Source of the DNA: Methanocaldococcus jannaschii DSM 2661
GTDB lineage: Archaea; AGJL01; Methanococci; Methanococcales; Methanocaldococcaceae
Assembly (NCBI RefSeq): GCF_000091665.1
Contig: NC_000909.1
Location: 653,581-685,580 of the forward strand
Length of the DNA: 32,000 nt
Reading direction: 5' to 3'
The translations under genes and the position numbers were made by a program. The notes under the pieces are model-generated. The model was not told where the DNA came from. It saw nothing but the letters and a program-made list of their open reading frames with translations, and searched no databases. Numbering within the stretch: the first letter of the stretch is position 1; every line of letters starts with the position of its first letter. Positions 17,288 to 27,304 of the stretch are shown here, piece by piece.

Positions 17288-17872
17288 TTATTCTGACATG
17301 TCTTTCCATTCCACTGGTTTTAATTGCATTGTTTCTGTGCAGATTCCAACCATATCACAAAATCTTAGGTCTTTCATAATCCCTCTAACCACTTCTAAGG
17401 CATCAGGATACTTGTGAGTTGTTGGAGGAATTTCAGTTAAACCGATTTCTTTTCTTGCTTTTTTTATTTGGTCATTGATTGGAACAGCATGTCCTGTTTT
17501 AAAAACATATAAGGCAGTTTTTTTATGCGCCTCAGCCATTTTTCCTTCTCTTGCAGCGATATTTCTTAAAACTTTTATTATATCAGTTATCTTAACTGTT
17601 CTTGGACATCTTTCATAACATTCATAGCAGGTTGTGCACATCCACAGGTCTTCACTGTCTATTATTGCGGATTTCATTCCAAATTGAGCGTATCTTATTA
17701 ATTTTCTTGTTCTAAAAGCAGTTATTCTTCCGCTTGGACAGCTCCCAGTGCAGGTTCCACATTGATAGCATGCTTTAAAAGAGGAAACATGTCCTTCTCC
17801 AAGAATTTCCCCTGTCTTTATAATTTCTTTAATAAAATCGTTGCTAATATCTTTTTGAGCGTAGATCACCAT
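17288..17872 (-). CDS. hdrC: Heterodisulfide reductase subunit C
   Basis: [31 protein letters not shown] and [28 protein letters not shown]. Confidence 0.93.
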
Positions 17873-17988
17873 TTTAATTCACCTGATCAATTAGTCAGTT
17901 GGGACTATTTTTGTCATTTTTATGTTTTTATTTGAAACTATATATCGTTTTCCATTATACTTTATTACAATATTTTAAATGTAAAGTT

Positions 17989-17997
17989 CGATAATCG
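17989..17997. promoter_or_regulatory. Putative Ptr2-type site upstream of hdrC
   Basis: CGAT-A-ATCG, same core as the rubredoxin upstream site, adjacent to an AT-rich TATA-like tract (17970-17985). Confidence 0.45.
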
Positions 17998-18090
17998 CAT
18001 TGTAGTATTTAAGTAAAATAATAAAATGGGAATTGAAAAAGAAATAATGAGAAAAAGATATTTCCTCCGAAAATAGAAAGAAAATTTTGT

Positions 18091-18636
18091 TTATTTTACC
18101 ACTTCAACTTTAAAATAGCAAGCATCATCTCCCCTTGCCATGCATTTTATTTCATCAACAACAACTGGCTTTTTTAATATGCATTCGTAAGCTCCTGCTA
18201 TTAATCCAGCATCAAAATAACAGATTGGCTCTTCAAAACTTAGATCTTCGCAAAAAGAACAGTTCTCAACTTTTAAAACCAGTGGTTTTCTGCTATCCAC
18301 TTTTAGAGTTCCTAAGTTATTTTCTTTGAAAAATTTTTTTAAATCGCTGTATCTTTTTGGATTTAGGTGTTTCCCAAATTCATAACCAATATCATATAAG
18401 GTTATCTCGCTGTCTAATTCTTTGATCTTTTTCATCATTATCAGAACAATAGCTTTAAATAAATCTAATGGAATTAATTTTTTCTTTGTAGTACTGTTTT
18501 TATATTTTTTCTTTAAATAATTTACTGTTTCATTTATTAATTTACTGTCATCGGTTATTATAAATTCACTTTCACTGAATATTTTATAAAATTCCTTCAT
18601 ATCTTTTGTTTTAAGCTCAACTCGCATATTTTTCAC
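18091..18636 (-). CDS. V4R-domain-like protein, paralog 2
   Basis: YDIGYEFGKHLNPKRYSDLKKFFKENNLGTLKV...CSFCEDLSFEEPICYFDAGLIAGAYECI...CMARGDDACYFKVEV. Confidence 0.75.
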   Translation of the reverse strand: MKNMRVELKTKDMKEFYKIFSESEFIITDDSKLINETVNYLKKKYKNSTTKKKLIPLDLFKAIVLIMMKKIKELDSEITLYDIGYEFGKHLNPKRYSDLKKFFKENNLGTLKVDSRKPLVLKVENCSFCEDLSFEEPICYFDAGLIAGAYECILKKPVVVDEIKCMARGDDACYFKVEVVK

Positions 18637-18841
18637 CTTTTTATGGCAAATAACAGTTTAAACATTAATCAAACATCATAAATATTAAGTATGTTGAACA
18701 ATAAATAAAACAAATTAAAAAATTAGTAAATATAAAGTGATAAAACATATAATAATATTATAATACCCAGAATATCAATTTGTTTGCAATATTCAATACA
18801 GAATTAAAAAATAAAAATTAAATAAAAATTTTTAATTAAAT

Positions 18842-19267
18842 TTATTTGAAGTATCTGTCTAAGATTCCTTTTAACATCTTTGCGTGTCTTGCTTCATCCC
18901 TACTTGATTCATCAAAGAAGTCATGAGCTGGGTCTATACCCAATTCTTTTGCCTTTGTTGCAGCAGCTTTTTTCTCTTTGTTTGCCATACATTCTCCTTT
19001 TAACATCATTTCAATGTTTTCTTTTAAGTTTTCTGAAATTAAACCGTTCATTTCAGCAAAGTGTGCAGCGTGTTGAGCCTCTTCCATAGCAATTCTTATT
19101 AAAACTTCAGCAACCTCTGGTAACCCCTCCCTCTGAGCTTGTCTTGCCATAGCTAAGTATAATCCAACCTCTTTGCACTCTCCTTCAAAATTTGCTTGAA
19201 CTTCTTTTTCTAACTCTGTTCCTTTTGTTACTCCTATCTTGTGTTCATTTATTAAGTCCAACTCCAT
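18842..19267 (-). CDS. Ferritin-like/rubrerythrin family protein without rubredoxin domain
   Basis: [54 protein letters not shown]...[23 protein letters not shown]. Confidence 0.88.
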   Translation of the reverse strand: MELDLINEHKIGVTKGTELEKEVQANFEGECKEVGLYLAMARQAQREGLPEVAEVLIRIAMEEAQHAAHFAEMNGLISENLKENIEMMLKGECMANKEKKAAATKAKELGIDPAHDFFDESSRDEARHAKMLKGILDRYFK

Positions 19268-19338
19268 GCTTTCACCTTTTTAACTTTTTAATTATTACAT
19301 TATAAAATAAACAATCACGATTATATAATATTAATGGT

Positions 19339-19349
19339 TCGAAATTCGA
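19339..19349. promoter_or_regulatory. Putative palindromic site upstream of ferritin-like gene
   Basis: TCGAA-A-TTCGA next to TATA-like ATTAATATTATATAATC (minus strand, about 19318-19334). Confidence 0.5.
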
Positions 19350-19376
19350 TACATTTGTGATGAATTAATTCAAAAT

Positions 19377-19820
19377 TTAATCAATTTTAACTGCTTCATC
19401 CTCGATAACAATACCTTTCTCTTTAAACCACTCTCCGTATTTTTTATCTGGTTTTGCTATGTGCATTGTGAGCCATCCCACTAAGAAAGATAGAGCACTC
19501 CTAAAATCATTTTCTGATCCTTCTTCGATCTTTGGAAGTAACTTTTCTATAACTGTTTTAACAAAAATCTCATGAGTTTTTCTATGCCTTTCTAAGTCTG
19601 GATAACCATATTTCTCCATAACTTCCTCTTCATGCTTAAAATGCTTTGCAGCATAATTAACAACCCTTCTCTTTAAAAGTTCTTTTGCTTCGTCTCTTTT
19701 TCCTTCGTTTAGTAGGTTGTAAATATCGTTAAGTGTTTTAACCAAAATTTTATGCTCATCATCAAATGCTTTAATTCCCGTTTCAAAATCTTTACTCCAT
19801 TTGATTATCTCTTTTTTCAT
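19377..19820 (-). CDS. Hemerythrin-like protein
   Basis: [71 protein letters not shown]; internal ATG at 19820 is a better start than 19886. Confidence 0.9.
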
Positions 19821-19935
19821 AATCTCACCACACATAAAATAAATTTTAAGTAAATATTTTGAACTAAGATTTTTAATAAGGCTCACAAACCATTCAAATA
19901 AATTTATGCTATTACGGTATATATTATTAATTATA

Positions 19936-19944
19936 CGAATTTCG
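19936..19944. promoter_or_regulatory. Putative palindromic site upstream of hemerythrin gene
   Basis: CGAA-T-TTCG; 20-nt context ttatacgaatttcgacatat closely resembles ctattcgaatttcaacatat at 21431-21450. Confidence 0.5.
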
Positions 19945-20103
19945 ACATATATTTAATTAATAACTAAAATTTTTGCCAATATCGATATTTTATTACTCAT
20001 ATCTTCTAATTTTTCTTATATATATATTACTTATCCTAATACTATTAATTTACATATACAAATATATTCTTAAAAAAATAAAAAAGTAAAAAAAGGATTA
20101 AAT

Positions 20104-21354
20104 TCATTCAATCTTCATCTCTTTAATTCTCTTAGCCAATTCTTTACCCATATTGTAGCAGTTTGTTAATTCATCCTCTGTTGGGACATAGTAGAGTTCA
20201 TATTGATTAATAACTTCAAATCCACATTTCGCCAAGTCTTCAGCAATCTTAGCAACTGCTCCACCTTCTCCCCCCATTGAACCAAAAGTAACCGCCAATC
20301 TCTTAAATCCTGTTCTGTTAAATTTCAATCCTCTCAAGTAGTATATGATATCTCCAATTGATGGATATGGCTCATCATAGATTGTTGGAATTCCAAAGAG
20401 AACTGCCTTAGCATCTAAGATGTCTTTAACAATCTCACTTCTCTCATCGTAGTGTAAGAAATACATTACAACATCAATTCCCTCACTCATTAAACCCTCT
20501 GCAAATGCATGAGCCATCTTTTGTGTTGAGTAGTGCATAGTATCATAAACGATAACTGCCTTATCCTTAGCTGCTTTACCAGTAGCAAAGTCTTGATATG
20601 CCTTAATAACTTTCATTGGGTCTGTCCATATCTGCCCGTGTGATGGGGCAATCATTTTTATCTTTTCTAATAATCCCAACTGAATAACTTCCTCAAATTT
20701 CTTTAATACAAGCTTTGACAGTGGAGTAATTAAATTAGCATAAAACTTCTGGTTTGCATCCATTAACACATACTCTGGAATATCTTTATCAAATCTCTTG
20801 TGTGCTGGGAAGCAGAGATGCTGTCCAAATGCATCGTTTGAGAATAAAATTCCCCCTTCGTTGTAGAAGGTAAACATACTATCTGGCCAGTGTAATAGAG
20901 GAGCTTCTAAGAATGTTAATGTCTTTCCTCCTAAATCAACTGTATCTCCTGTATGAACAACCTTAAATTGAGCGTCTTTTAATGATGGATAGTGCTTTTT
21001 AAGTCCCTCAACAGCTACCTCAGTACAGTATATTGGTGCATCTGGGAATTTTTTGTGTATTTCAGGGAGAGCTCCACTGTGGTCTTTTTCTACGTGGTTT
21101 TGAACGATTACATCAATTTTAAATTCCCTCCCCTCTTTTTCAAATGCATCTTTTATCCTCCCCCACATTTGAGCGGAGGTTCCTGGGTATGTGTTGTCTA
21201 TTAAAGCAACTTTTTCATCTCCAAAGACTAAATAGGCATTGTATGTTGTTCCTTTTAATGTGTAGCCGTGATACATTCTTATGTCCCAGTCTAAAACCCC
21301 CACCCAATATACACCATCAGCTATTTTGCTGCGTCTGCTTTCATATTTTTTCAC
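20104..21354 (-). CDS. fprA: F420H2 oxidase / type A flavo-diiron protein, paralog 2
   Basis: [89 protein letters not shown]. Confidence 0.93.
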   Translation of the reverse strand: MKKYESRRSKIADGVYWVGVLDWDIRMYHGYTLKGTTYNAYLVFGDEKVALIDNTYPGTSAQMWGRIKDAFEKEGREFKIDVIVQNHVEKDHSGALPEIHKKFPDAPIYCTEVAVEGLKKHYPSLKDAQFKVVHTGDTVDLGGKTLTFLEAPLLHWPDSMFTFYNEGGILFSNDAFGQHLCFPAHKRFDKDIPEYVLMDANQKFYANLITPLSKLVLKKFEEVIQLGLLEKIKMIAPSHGQIWTDPMKVIKAYQDFATGKAAKDKAVIVYDTMHYSTQKMAHAFAEGLMSEGIDVVMYFLHYDERSEIVKDILDAKAVLFGIPTIYDEPYPSIGDIIYYLRGLKFNRTGFKRLAVTFGSMGGEGGAVAKIAEDLAKCGFEVINQYELYYVPTEDELTNCYNMGKELAKRIKEMKIE

Positions 21355-21433
21355 CTTTAATTATATTTGTAGTTATTAGTTATTTTATTATCAGTTATTT
21401 ATTTTATTGTGTAAGTAGTATAAGAACTTAACT

Positions 21434-21445
21434 ATTCGAATTTCA
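21434..21445. promoter_or_regulatory. Putative imperfect palindromic site upstream of fprA paralog 2
   Basis: TTCGAATTTCAA, matching the hemerythrin upstream context. Confidence 0.4.
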
Positions 21446-21566
21446 ACATATCTATTTAAATACCTCTGCTAAATTTGAAAATACTATTTCACAATATAAA
21501 TAAAATTTACTTAAAGATTTATATAAATTGTTTTAATTTTATTTTTCAAATATGTGTATATTGGAA

Positions 21567-22307
21567 TTATTCTTTTTTAGTATTTTTAGTAAAAGCTGAA
21601 AAAGATAATGCTCCTTTTTTACATACACTCATGCATTCAAAACATCTTATACACTCCATCTGGTCTATTTTTTCTGTTATTTTTATCTGCATTGGACATT
21701 TTCTTTCACACAATCTACAACCTACACATTTATTTTCATCAAGTTTCAGTTTAAAGATTGAGAATCTCGCAAATATACTCAACAAAGACCCCACTGGACA
21801 AACATATCTGCAGAAGAACATTGGATAAATAAATCCTAAAACTAAAAATAAAGCCAACAGCAGATATGCCAATGTATATCCAGAGATTTTAACTCCAGAT
21901 AGGTATGCTAAAACCACTAAAATTAGCACAACATACTTAAAATAAATTAATTTATTGTGAATTTTCTCATCAACTGTTGGTAGTTTTTTTAATTTAAAGA
22001 GTTTTACCCTCAACTCATAAACTAAATTAAATAAAAATCCAAATGGACACATCCATCCACAAAAAACCCTTCCAGCAATAAACGCCAATACTATAGCGAT
22101 GATTTTTGTTATTATAGTAGCTAATATCCTATCTCCTATAATAAATCTCTTAATAAATCCTACAATACTCAAATAAAAACCAGTAACTATTAAAGCTCTC
22201 ACAAAAAATAATGTTTGAGATATTTTCCTCAATATTTGTATTTTATTCATAAGATTCACCATAAAACCCCAATTATCAAACTTTATAATATAAACTCTGG
22301 AATCCAA
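21567..22307 (-). CDS. NapH-like membrane ferredoxin, paralog 1
   Basis: AGRVFCGWMCPFGFLFNLVYELR, FCRYVCPVGSLLSIFARF, CVGCRLCERKCPMQI, CIRCFECMSVCKKGALSF with multiple TM segments. Confidence 0.88.
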   Translation of the reverse strand: MDSRVYIIKFDNWGFMVNLMNKIQILRKISQTLFFVRALIVTGFYLSIVGFIKRFIIGDRILATIITKIIAIVLAFIAGRVFCGWMCPFGFLFNLVYELRVKLFKLKKLPTVDEKIHNKLIYFKYVVLILVVLAYLSGVKISGYTLAYLLLALFLVLGFIYPMFFCRYVCPVGSLLSIFARFSIFKLKLDENKCVGCRLCERKCPMQIKITEKIDQMECIRCFECMSVCKKGALSFSAFTKNTKKE

Positions 22308-22412
22308 AATATAAAAAGATTTTTAGCCAGATATTTTAAAAATAGGAGGATAAAAATTAGATAAATCTAATAAAAAATTTGTATAATTGTTAATAAAAAA
22401 TAGAAGTTTTTA

Positions 22413-23129
22413 TTAACTTCTCTTTTTGAATGCATAAGAAAAGGACAAGGCATCTTTTTTACAGCTACTTTTACATTCAAAGCATCTTATACATTCCTTT
22501 TGGTCAAGTTTTTCAGTTATTTTTATTTGCATTGGACATTTAAACTCACAAAGTTTGCATTTAACACAGTTGTTATTGGTTTTTAATTGAAAGAATGGTT
22601 TTATTGAAAATATTGATAAAAACGCTCCTAAAGGGCAGAAATATCTACAAAATGCCATCGGAACAAAGAAGGATAGGCTTAAAAAGAAAATCAATATTAT
22701 AAGGGATATAACTGTTCCGTAAAGATTCGTTAAAAATCCAATTGGACAGACTTGACAGAATGCATAGATTGAAAGATAGTAAGTTAAAACTAAAGACAGA
22801 ATTAAAACAACATATCTTAAATATATCAGCTTGTTATGAACTTCCTCATTAACTGTTGGTAATTTCTTTTTCATAAATAACTTCATCCTTAATTTATACA
22901 TTAGCTCAAATAAAAATCCTAATGGGCACATCCATCCGCAAAAAACCCTTCCCAATATTAAAGTTAAAACAACAATAACAACCAACTTAGCTATCAACTG
23001 TCCAACACTTCCCTTTAAAATAAACTTCTCAATTATCCCAAAAAAACATAAACAAAAACTTGTCAAAAATACAAAATAAATAAAAAATAATGTTTGAGAG
23101 ATTTTCCTCAATATTTGGATTTTATCCAT
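22413..23129 (-). CDS. NapH-like membrane ferredoxin, paralog 2
   Basis: LGRVFCGWMCPLGFLFELMYKLR, FCRYFCPLGAFLSIF, CVKCKLCEFKCPMQI, CIRCFECKSSCKKDALSF; highly similar to the adjacent ORF. Confidence 0.88.
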   Translation of the reverse strand: MDKIQILRKISQTLFFIYFVFLTSFCLCFFGIIEKFILKGSVGQLIAKLVVIVVLTLILGRVFCGWMCPLGFLFELMYKLRMKLFMKKKLPTVNEEVHNKLIYLRYVVLILSLVLTYYLSIYAFCQVCPIGFLTNLYGTVISLIILIFFLSLSFFVPMAFCRYFCPLGAFLSIFSIKPFFQLKTNNNCVKCKLCEFKCPMQIKITEKLDQKECIRCFECKSSCKKDALSFSYAFKKRS

Positions 23130-23139
23130 TTACAACCAC

Positions 23140-23330
23140 CGTCCTCCACTATGTAGGTGTTTATAGATTTTAAGTAATCTCTTGTATTGGTTCTCCCGTT
23201 CTGTCCTCTTTTAATAAGAGGACTTCATCAGGGAGCGTTCGGGGGAACGGAAACTCCCCACATCCTGACTTTTCTTAAATAAATTAAATGTAGCAACAAC
23301 ATCCCTATCAAATACTAAATTACAATTATT
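23140..23330 (-). ncRNA. Candidate omegaRNA/reRNA overlapping the tnpB 3' end
   Basis: Hairpin GTCCTCTT (23203-23210) / AAGAGGAC (23216-23223) spans the stop codon; additional GC-rich stem potential (minus strand GGGGAGTTTCCGTTCCCC). Located where TnpB guide scaffolds occur. Ends are approximate. Confidence 0.4.
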
Positions 23331-24361
23331 GCATTTTAACAACCTCTGCCCATTCGGGTCTAATTTACACCCACATATTGGGCAGAGTTTGGACGTTCTT
23401 GAGGGATTTACATATTCAACATCTAAACCATCCCACTTTGCCTTGTACTCAATAAAAAATTGGAGTTTGGAAAAATTCCATCTGTTTAATCTTCTCCTAA
23501 AATTTTTTGATTTTTTATTAACTGCCTCCCTGATATTTGTTAAATCCTCCATTAGTATCTTTACATTGTATTTTAATGCCTCTGAAATCAGAAACTTTGA
23601 AATTTTGTGTAAGTAATCCTCAACTTTTCTTTTTTCCCTTCCAGAATATTTTTCCATGAGAGTTTTTAACTTCATTGGTTTATTGGAAAGCTTCTTTTGT
23701 ATTTTCTCCCTCTTTTTTGAGAAATTCTCATGAATTCTCTTTAACTTATACACATCTAAACGGGTTGTCTTAATGACGTTTCCATCTTTATCAAAAATTG
23801 AGTATGTAATATTCTTTTCATTGATGTCAATTGTCATGATATGTTCAAAATTTTTAGGATTAACAACTTTTTTGAATGGGATTATAATAGAATCTTTCTT
23901 AATAATCACTTCTCCAATTTTGAAGTTTCCATTTTTCCACTCTTCAATAAATTTTTTCTGATAATCACTAACAACTAAATTTATAGTGATAAATTTTCTT
24001 GGTGCAGTGATAATTTTTATTTTATCCCCCTCGAATTTAAACAGCATTTCCTCAAGTTTTACAAAATCTTTCTTAACTTCTGGCTTATCCTTTTTTGTTA
24101 AACCTTTCCTCTTCCTCTTTCTAAAATTTTTTAAATTGATGTTGCTACTCTACAAGCAGAGTGACAGTAATGAGTATGATATTTTGGATACCATTTTTCC
24201 TTCCATTCATTATATATTGCCTTTCTTAATTTTGCGTAAGAAGTAATTCCCAGCTCCATTGCCTTATCAATGCAAAAATTAACCATTTCTTTAAAATCAT
24301 ATATTAACTCAACAACATCTGAATAATACTTAAATTCGATGGCTTTAATTACTTCCATCAT
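23211..24361 (-). pseudogene. tnpB: IS200/IS605-family TnpB (OrfB) interrupted by a -1 frameshift near 24130-24140
   Basis: Frame 1 (24131-24361): ...EWKEKWYPKYHTHYCHSACRVATSI*; the other frame continues LKNFRKRKRKGLTKKDKPEVKKDF...MLFKFEGDKIKIITAP...TIDINEKN...ILMEDLTNI...CPICGCKLDPNGQRLLKCNNCNLVFDRDVVAT. No tnpA nearby. Confidence 0.85.
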
Positions 24362-24481
24362 CCATCAACTCCTTTTTATAGTTTCTTTGAGTTTTTTCAC
24401 CTTATGACTTCTCATTCCATACGAAAGACAGATGGTTTGCTCCCAATGAACCCAGAGGGAGTTAAGGTTGATGATTCCCAA

Positions 24482-24519
24482 GTCCAACATGGAGTTATGC
24501 CTATAACGTCATGTTGGAC
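24482..24519. repeat. 38-nt near-perfect hairpin
   Basis: GTCCAACATG-ga-GTTAT-GCCT-ATAAC-gt-CATGTTGGAC; 10 outer and 5 inner complementary pairs. Confidence 0.85.
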
Positions 24520-24561
24520 AGACCCCTGTATTGAGCAGACTTAACTTATACTGATATACAG

Positions 24562-25194
24562 CTAAAATTTGAACAACAAATCTCTTAAATTTATTGTTGA
24601 GAATAAAAAGGATACTATCTTATCCAATATTGTATTTCCCACTTTTTCATTTCCACTGTTGTTGTTATTTAAATCTCTATTATTATCAATTGTATTGGTT
24701 GTATTTAGTTTAATCTTTCCCTCTTCAATCATACATTCAACAATAGCTTTTTTAATAACACTTGGAGGGATTCCATAAACTTCCTTAATCTCTCCAAAGG
24801 TTGTATCATCTGGAACATTAATATTCAACTTTTCCTTTAAACATTTTGGACTTATACCATATTTGTCACAAACCTGTTTTATTGTATAGGATTTTAACTC
24901 TTTACCTGAGATACCAACATACTCATTAATCAATTCCTCTGTTAATTCTAAACTACTCACATTACTGGTCTTTATCTCTTCCTCGTTGTTTGTTGTTTTT
25001 ATTGTTGTTGTGGGAGGGGGCTCACTATGGTCGCAAATTCCATTGTGGTTTGTATCAATGTATCTTCCACACTCCCCCGGATAGGTGCAATTTACCCTTC
25101 CATAAGGGCAGTCATTCCATGCAAAAGATAAGGATAAAATGGAAAAAAGCAGAAGAATTGCTACTATTTTATTTATAATTTTCATATTCTTCAC
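24562..25194 (-). CDS. Exported protein with CPYG..CPG-CG-YxDTNxNGxCD motif and C-terminal helical repeats
   Basis: Signal-like N-terminus [16 protein letters not shown]; [36 protein letters not shown]; helical part [24 protein letters not shown]...[20 protein letters not shown]. Confidence 0.75.
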
Positions 25195-25748
25195 CTATTC
25201 ATTCCCCTCTCCGTAGAACTGCTTATTATTTCTTCATATTCTTCCTTACTTATGTATTGAGGAGTATAATTAGAACCATAATTATTAAGCATTCTAACAA
25301 ATGCCCTCATGTGGTTTCTTGAACCTTTCATTAAATTTTCATAAACAAATTTTATATCCTCATTGTCTGTCTTGTTTATCCATTTTTCTAAATCAGCAAT
25401 ATCTAAATCTTCAATAGTAGCTCCAACTTTTAATGCATCAACTTCTGATTTATCACCTTTCTCAACTAACTTTTTATATAGTTCCTCAAATTTTGGGTTT
25501 GAAAATACTCCAATACTATCATTTTTAACTGGGTCTGGGATGTTGTATTTTTCTAAGAGATATTTAACTGCATCCATGTGTGTTTGCTCACTTTCAGCAA
25601 TGTTCTTAAATATCTGTAATTTCCATTTATTATATAGCGTTAAATAAACATCTCTCGCTAATTTCTCCTCTTCCCTCATCTCAATGAGTCCCTCTTTTTC
25701 CTCTTCACTTATTGGTTGTTTTGGTAATGAGCTTATATATTCAAGCAT
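25191..25748 (-). CDS. DUF2202 ferritin-like protein (start overlaps upstream frameshift, see findings)
   Basis: [69 protein letters not shown]. Confidence 0.85.
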
Positions 25749-25759
25749 TAGTGAGTCGT

Positions 25760-25957
25760 TTATATCTCATTTGAATCAACAAATCTTCCTTTTCCCGCTC
25801 CATTTCCAAGCCCATTTCCAACTTGGGTATTTTGCTGATTATTTTGAGTAGTTTGAACATTTTGAGCTGTTTCTGTATTCTGATTTACACATCCAGAGAA
25901 TAAGACCAGTGAAGATATTACTAAAAATACTACCAATATCATCGCTATTTTTTTCAT
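25760..25957 (-). CDS. Short lipoprotein, probably the detached N-terminus of the DUF2202 protein
   Basis: MKKIAMILVVFLVISSLVLFSGCVNQNTETAQNVQ...GNGLGNGAGKGRFVDSNEI*: lipobox-like LFSGC, low-complexity linker. Confidence 0.75.
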   Translation of the reverse strand: MKKIAMILVVFLVISSLVLFSGCVNQNTETAQNVQTTQNNQQNTQVGNGLGNGAGKGRFVDSNEI

Positions 25958-26034
25958 ATTTATCACCTTTAATGGTTGAGACAATCACATACATAACCAT
26001 TTACAATAAAAAATAAAAAAATGAGATGAAATAT

Positions 26035-27063
26035 TTATTGAATTGTACTGTTTATTCTCTGATGATATATGTGTGGAGCATTAATTCCCCCAATACCTCC
26101 TCTACTAGTATTTAATTCATTAGTAAGATTATTTATATTTTGATGATAGATGTGTGAAGCATTTTTATTTTCTTGGATTTTACCTCTTTTCATTTTACTC
26201 CACATTGGATGTAAGTGCAATTTAACCCTAACCATCTGCTCCTCCTGAAGTTGAACCATTATTCTATATGCTTCCTGATATCTATTCTGTTCCATTAATT
26301 GTTCAACTTCTTTCAACTTCTCCTCTAAGTCAGTGACATTAACACCCATTCTCTTCAACATGAGGATTCTTCTTTCCATTATTCTTATTCTATTTTGTAG
26401 CATTAACTTAACTTTAACTTTTGGGATTTGTTTAATTTCAATTTTCAACCCATTCTTTTGCAATTTCAACATCAATTTTGAATAGTTACAGAATGGACAA
26501 ATTGGATTTTCAATAATTTCAACTTTATTTATTCTTAATTGCAATTTTTGTGGTTCAACACTTAAATTTACTCCATTAGTTAATAAGACTAAACAGGTTC
26601 CGTTCTTTATTAATCCCATTGTTTCATTTAAAGCAATATCATCAAATCCATGGCAAACGCAGACAGTTGTATTATTTCCAAAAGCATATCTAAATTGATT
26701 TTGGAATCTTAAGGTTACATTAGCGTTTGTTTCATATCTATTACTTCCTCCAATTCTCTCAACAGTTATTCCAACATTCTCTAAGGCAGTTGTGTAATTT
26801 TCAACTACTGCCAAAGGTCCTCCTATAATTATTACTTTATCTGGATTTAGTGCTAATATTTCATCAATTAAGCTTTCGTTGTAGATTCCCCATTCAGTTG
26901 TTATTACAGTAGCGTTTAAAGCATCTGCAACCTCTAAGGCAGTGCATTGGTCTGCACAGTTGTCACTTACTAAAACCACATCTGTTGCAGAAATTGATGG
27001 GATTGCTACCGCTGAAACTAACGGAATCGCCATTAGCAGTAGCAACATCAGTTTTTTCCACAT
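26035..27063 (-). CDS. Exported protein with CW-binding-repeat-2-like domain and C-terminal repeats
   Basis: Signal peptide; VVLVSDNCADQCTALEVADALNATVITTEWGIYNESLIDEILALNPDKVIIIGGPLAVVENYTTALENVGITVERIGGSNRYETNANV; coiled middle; C-terminal NASHIYHQNIN...NAPHIYHQRIN repeat. Confidence 0.75.
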   Translation of the reverse strand: MWKKLMLLLLMAIPLVSAVAIPSISATDVVLVSDNCADQCTALEVADALNATVITTEWGIYNESLIDEILALNPDKVIIIGGPLAVVENYTTALENVGITVERIGGSNRYETNANVTLRFQNQFRYAFGNNTTVCVCHGFDDIALNETMGLIKNGTCLVLLTNGVNLSVEPQKLQLRINKVEIIENPICPFCNYSKLMLKLQKNGLKIEIKQIPKVKVKLMLQNRIRIMERRILMLKRMGVNVTDLEEKLKEVEQLMEQNRYQEAYRIMVQLQEEQMVRVKLHLHPMWSKMKRGKIQENKNASHIYHQNINNLTNELNTSRGGIGGINAPHIYHQRINSTIQ

Positions 27064-27079
27064 TTTCTCACCTCAAATA

Positions 27080-27271
27080 TTATTTTTGTTTAAAAGGAAT
27101 ATAAGCTTTACTGTTATTTTTGTTATTACTTTTTAATAACCATTTAAGTGTTAGTAGGACTATAATGATTCCTCCAATTAAAAGAATTATCCAAAATATC
27201 ATCCAGAAAATCCAAATAAAAGCAAATGGAAATGGTGAAAAGAAAGCATGATGATAACAACATATTGGCAT
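27080..27271 (-). CDS. Small single-TM membrane protein
   Basis: 63-aa ORF with His-containing N-terminus (MPICCYHHAFFSPF) and hydrophobic IWMIFWIILLIGGIIIVLL, lysine-rich tail. Confidence 0.5.
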   Translation of the reverse strand: MPICCYHHAFFSPFPFAFIWIFWMIFWIILLIGGIIIVLLTLKWLLKSNNKNNSKAYIPFKQK

Positions 27272-27304
27272 ATGTCACACCATAAATATTTTATTTTTTT
27301 GTTA

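Noticed and set aside
21475-21828. 117-aa plus-strand ORF overlapping the NapH-like gene
   Set aside because: Antisense overlap with the conserved 4Fe-4S region of the NapH-like protein.
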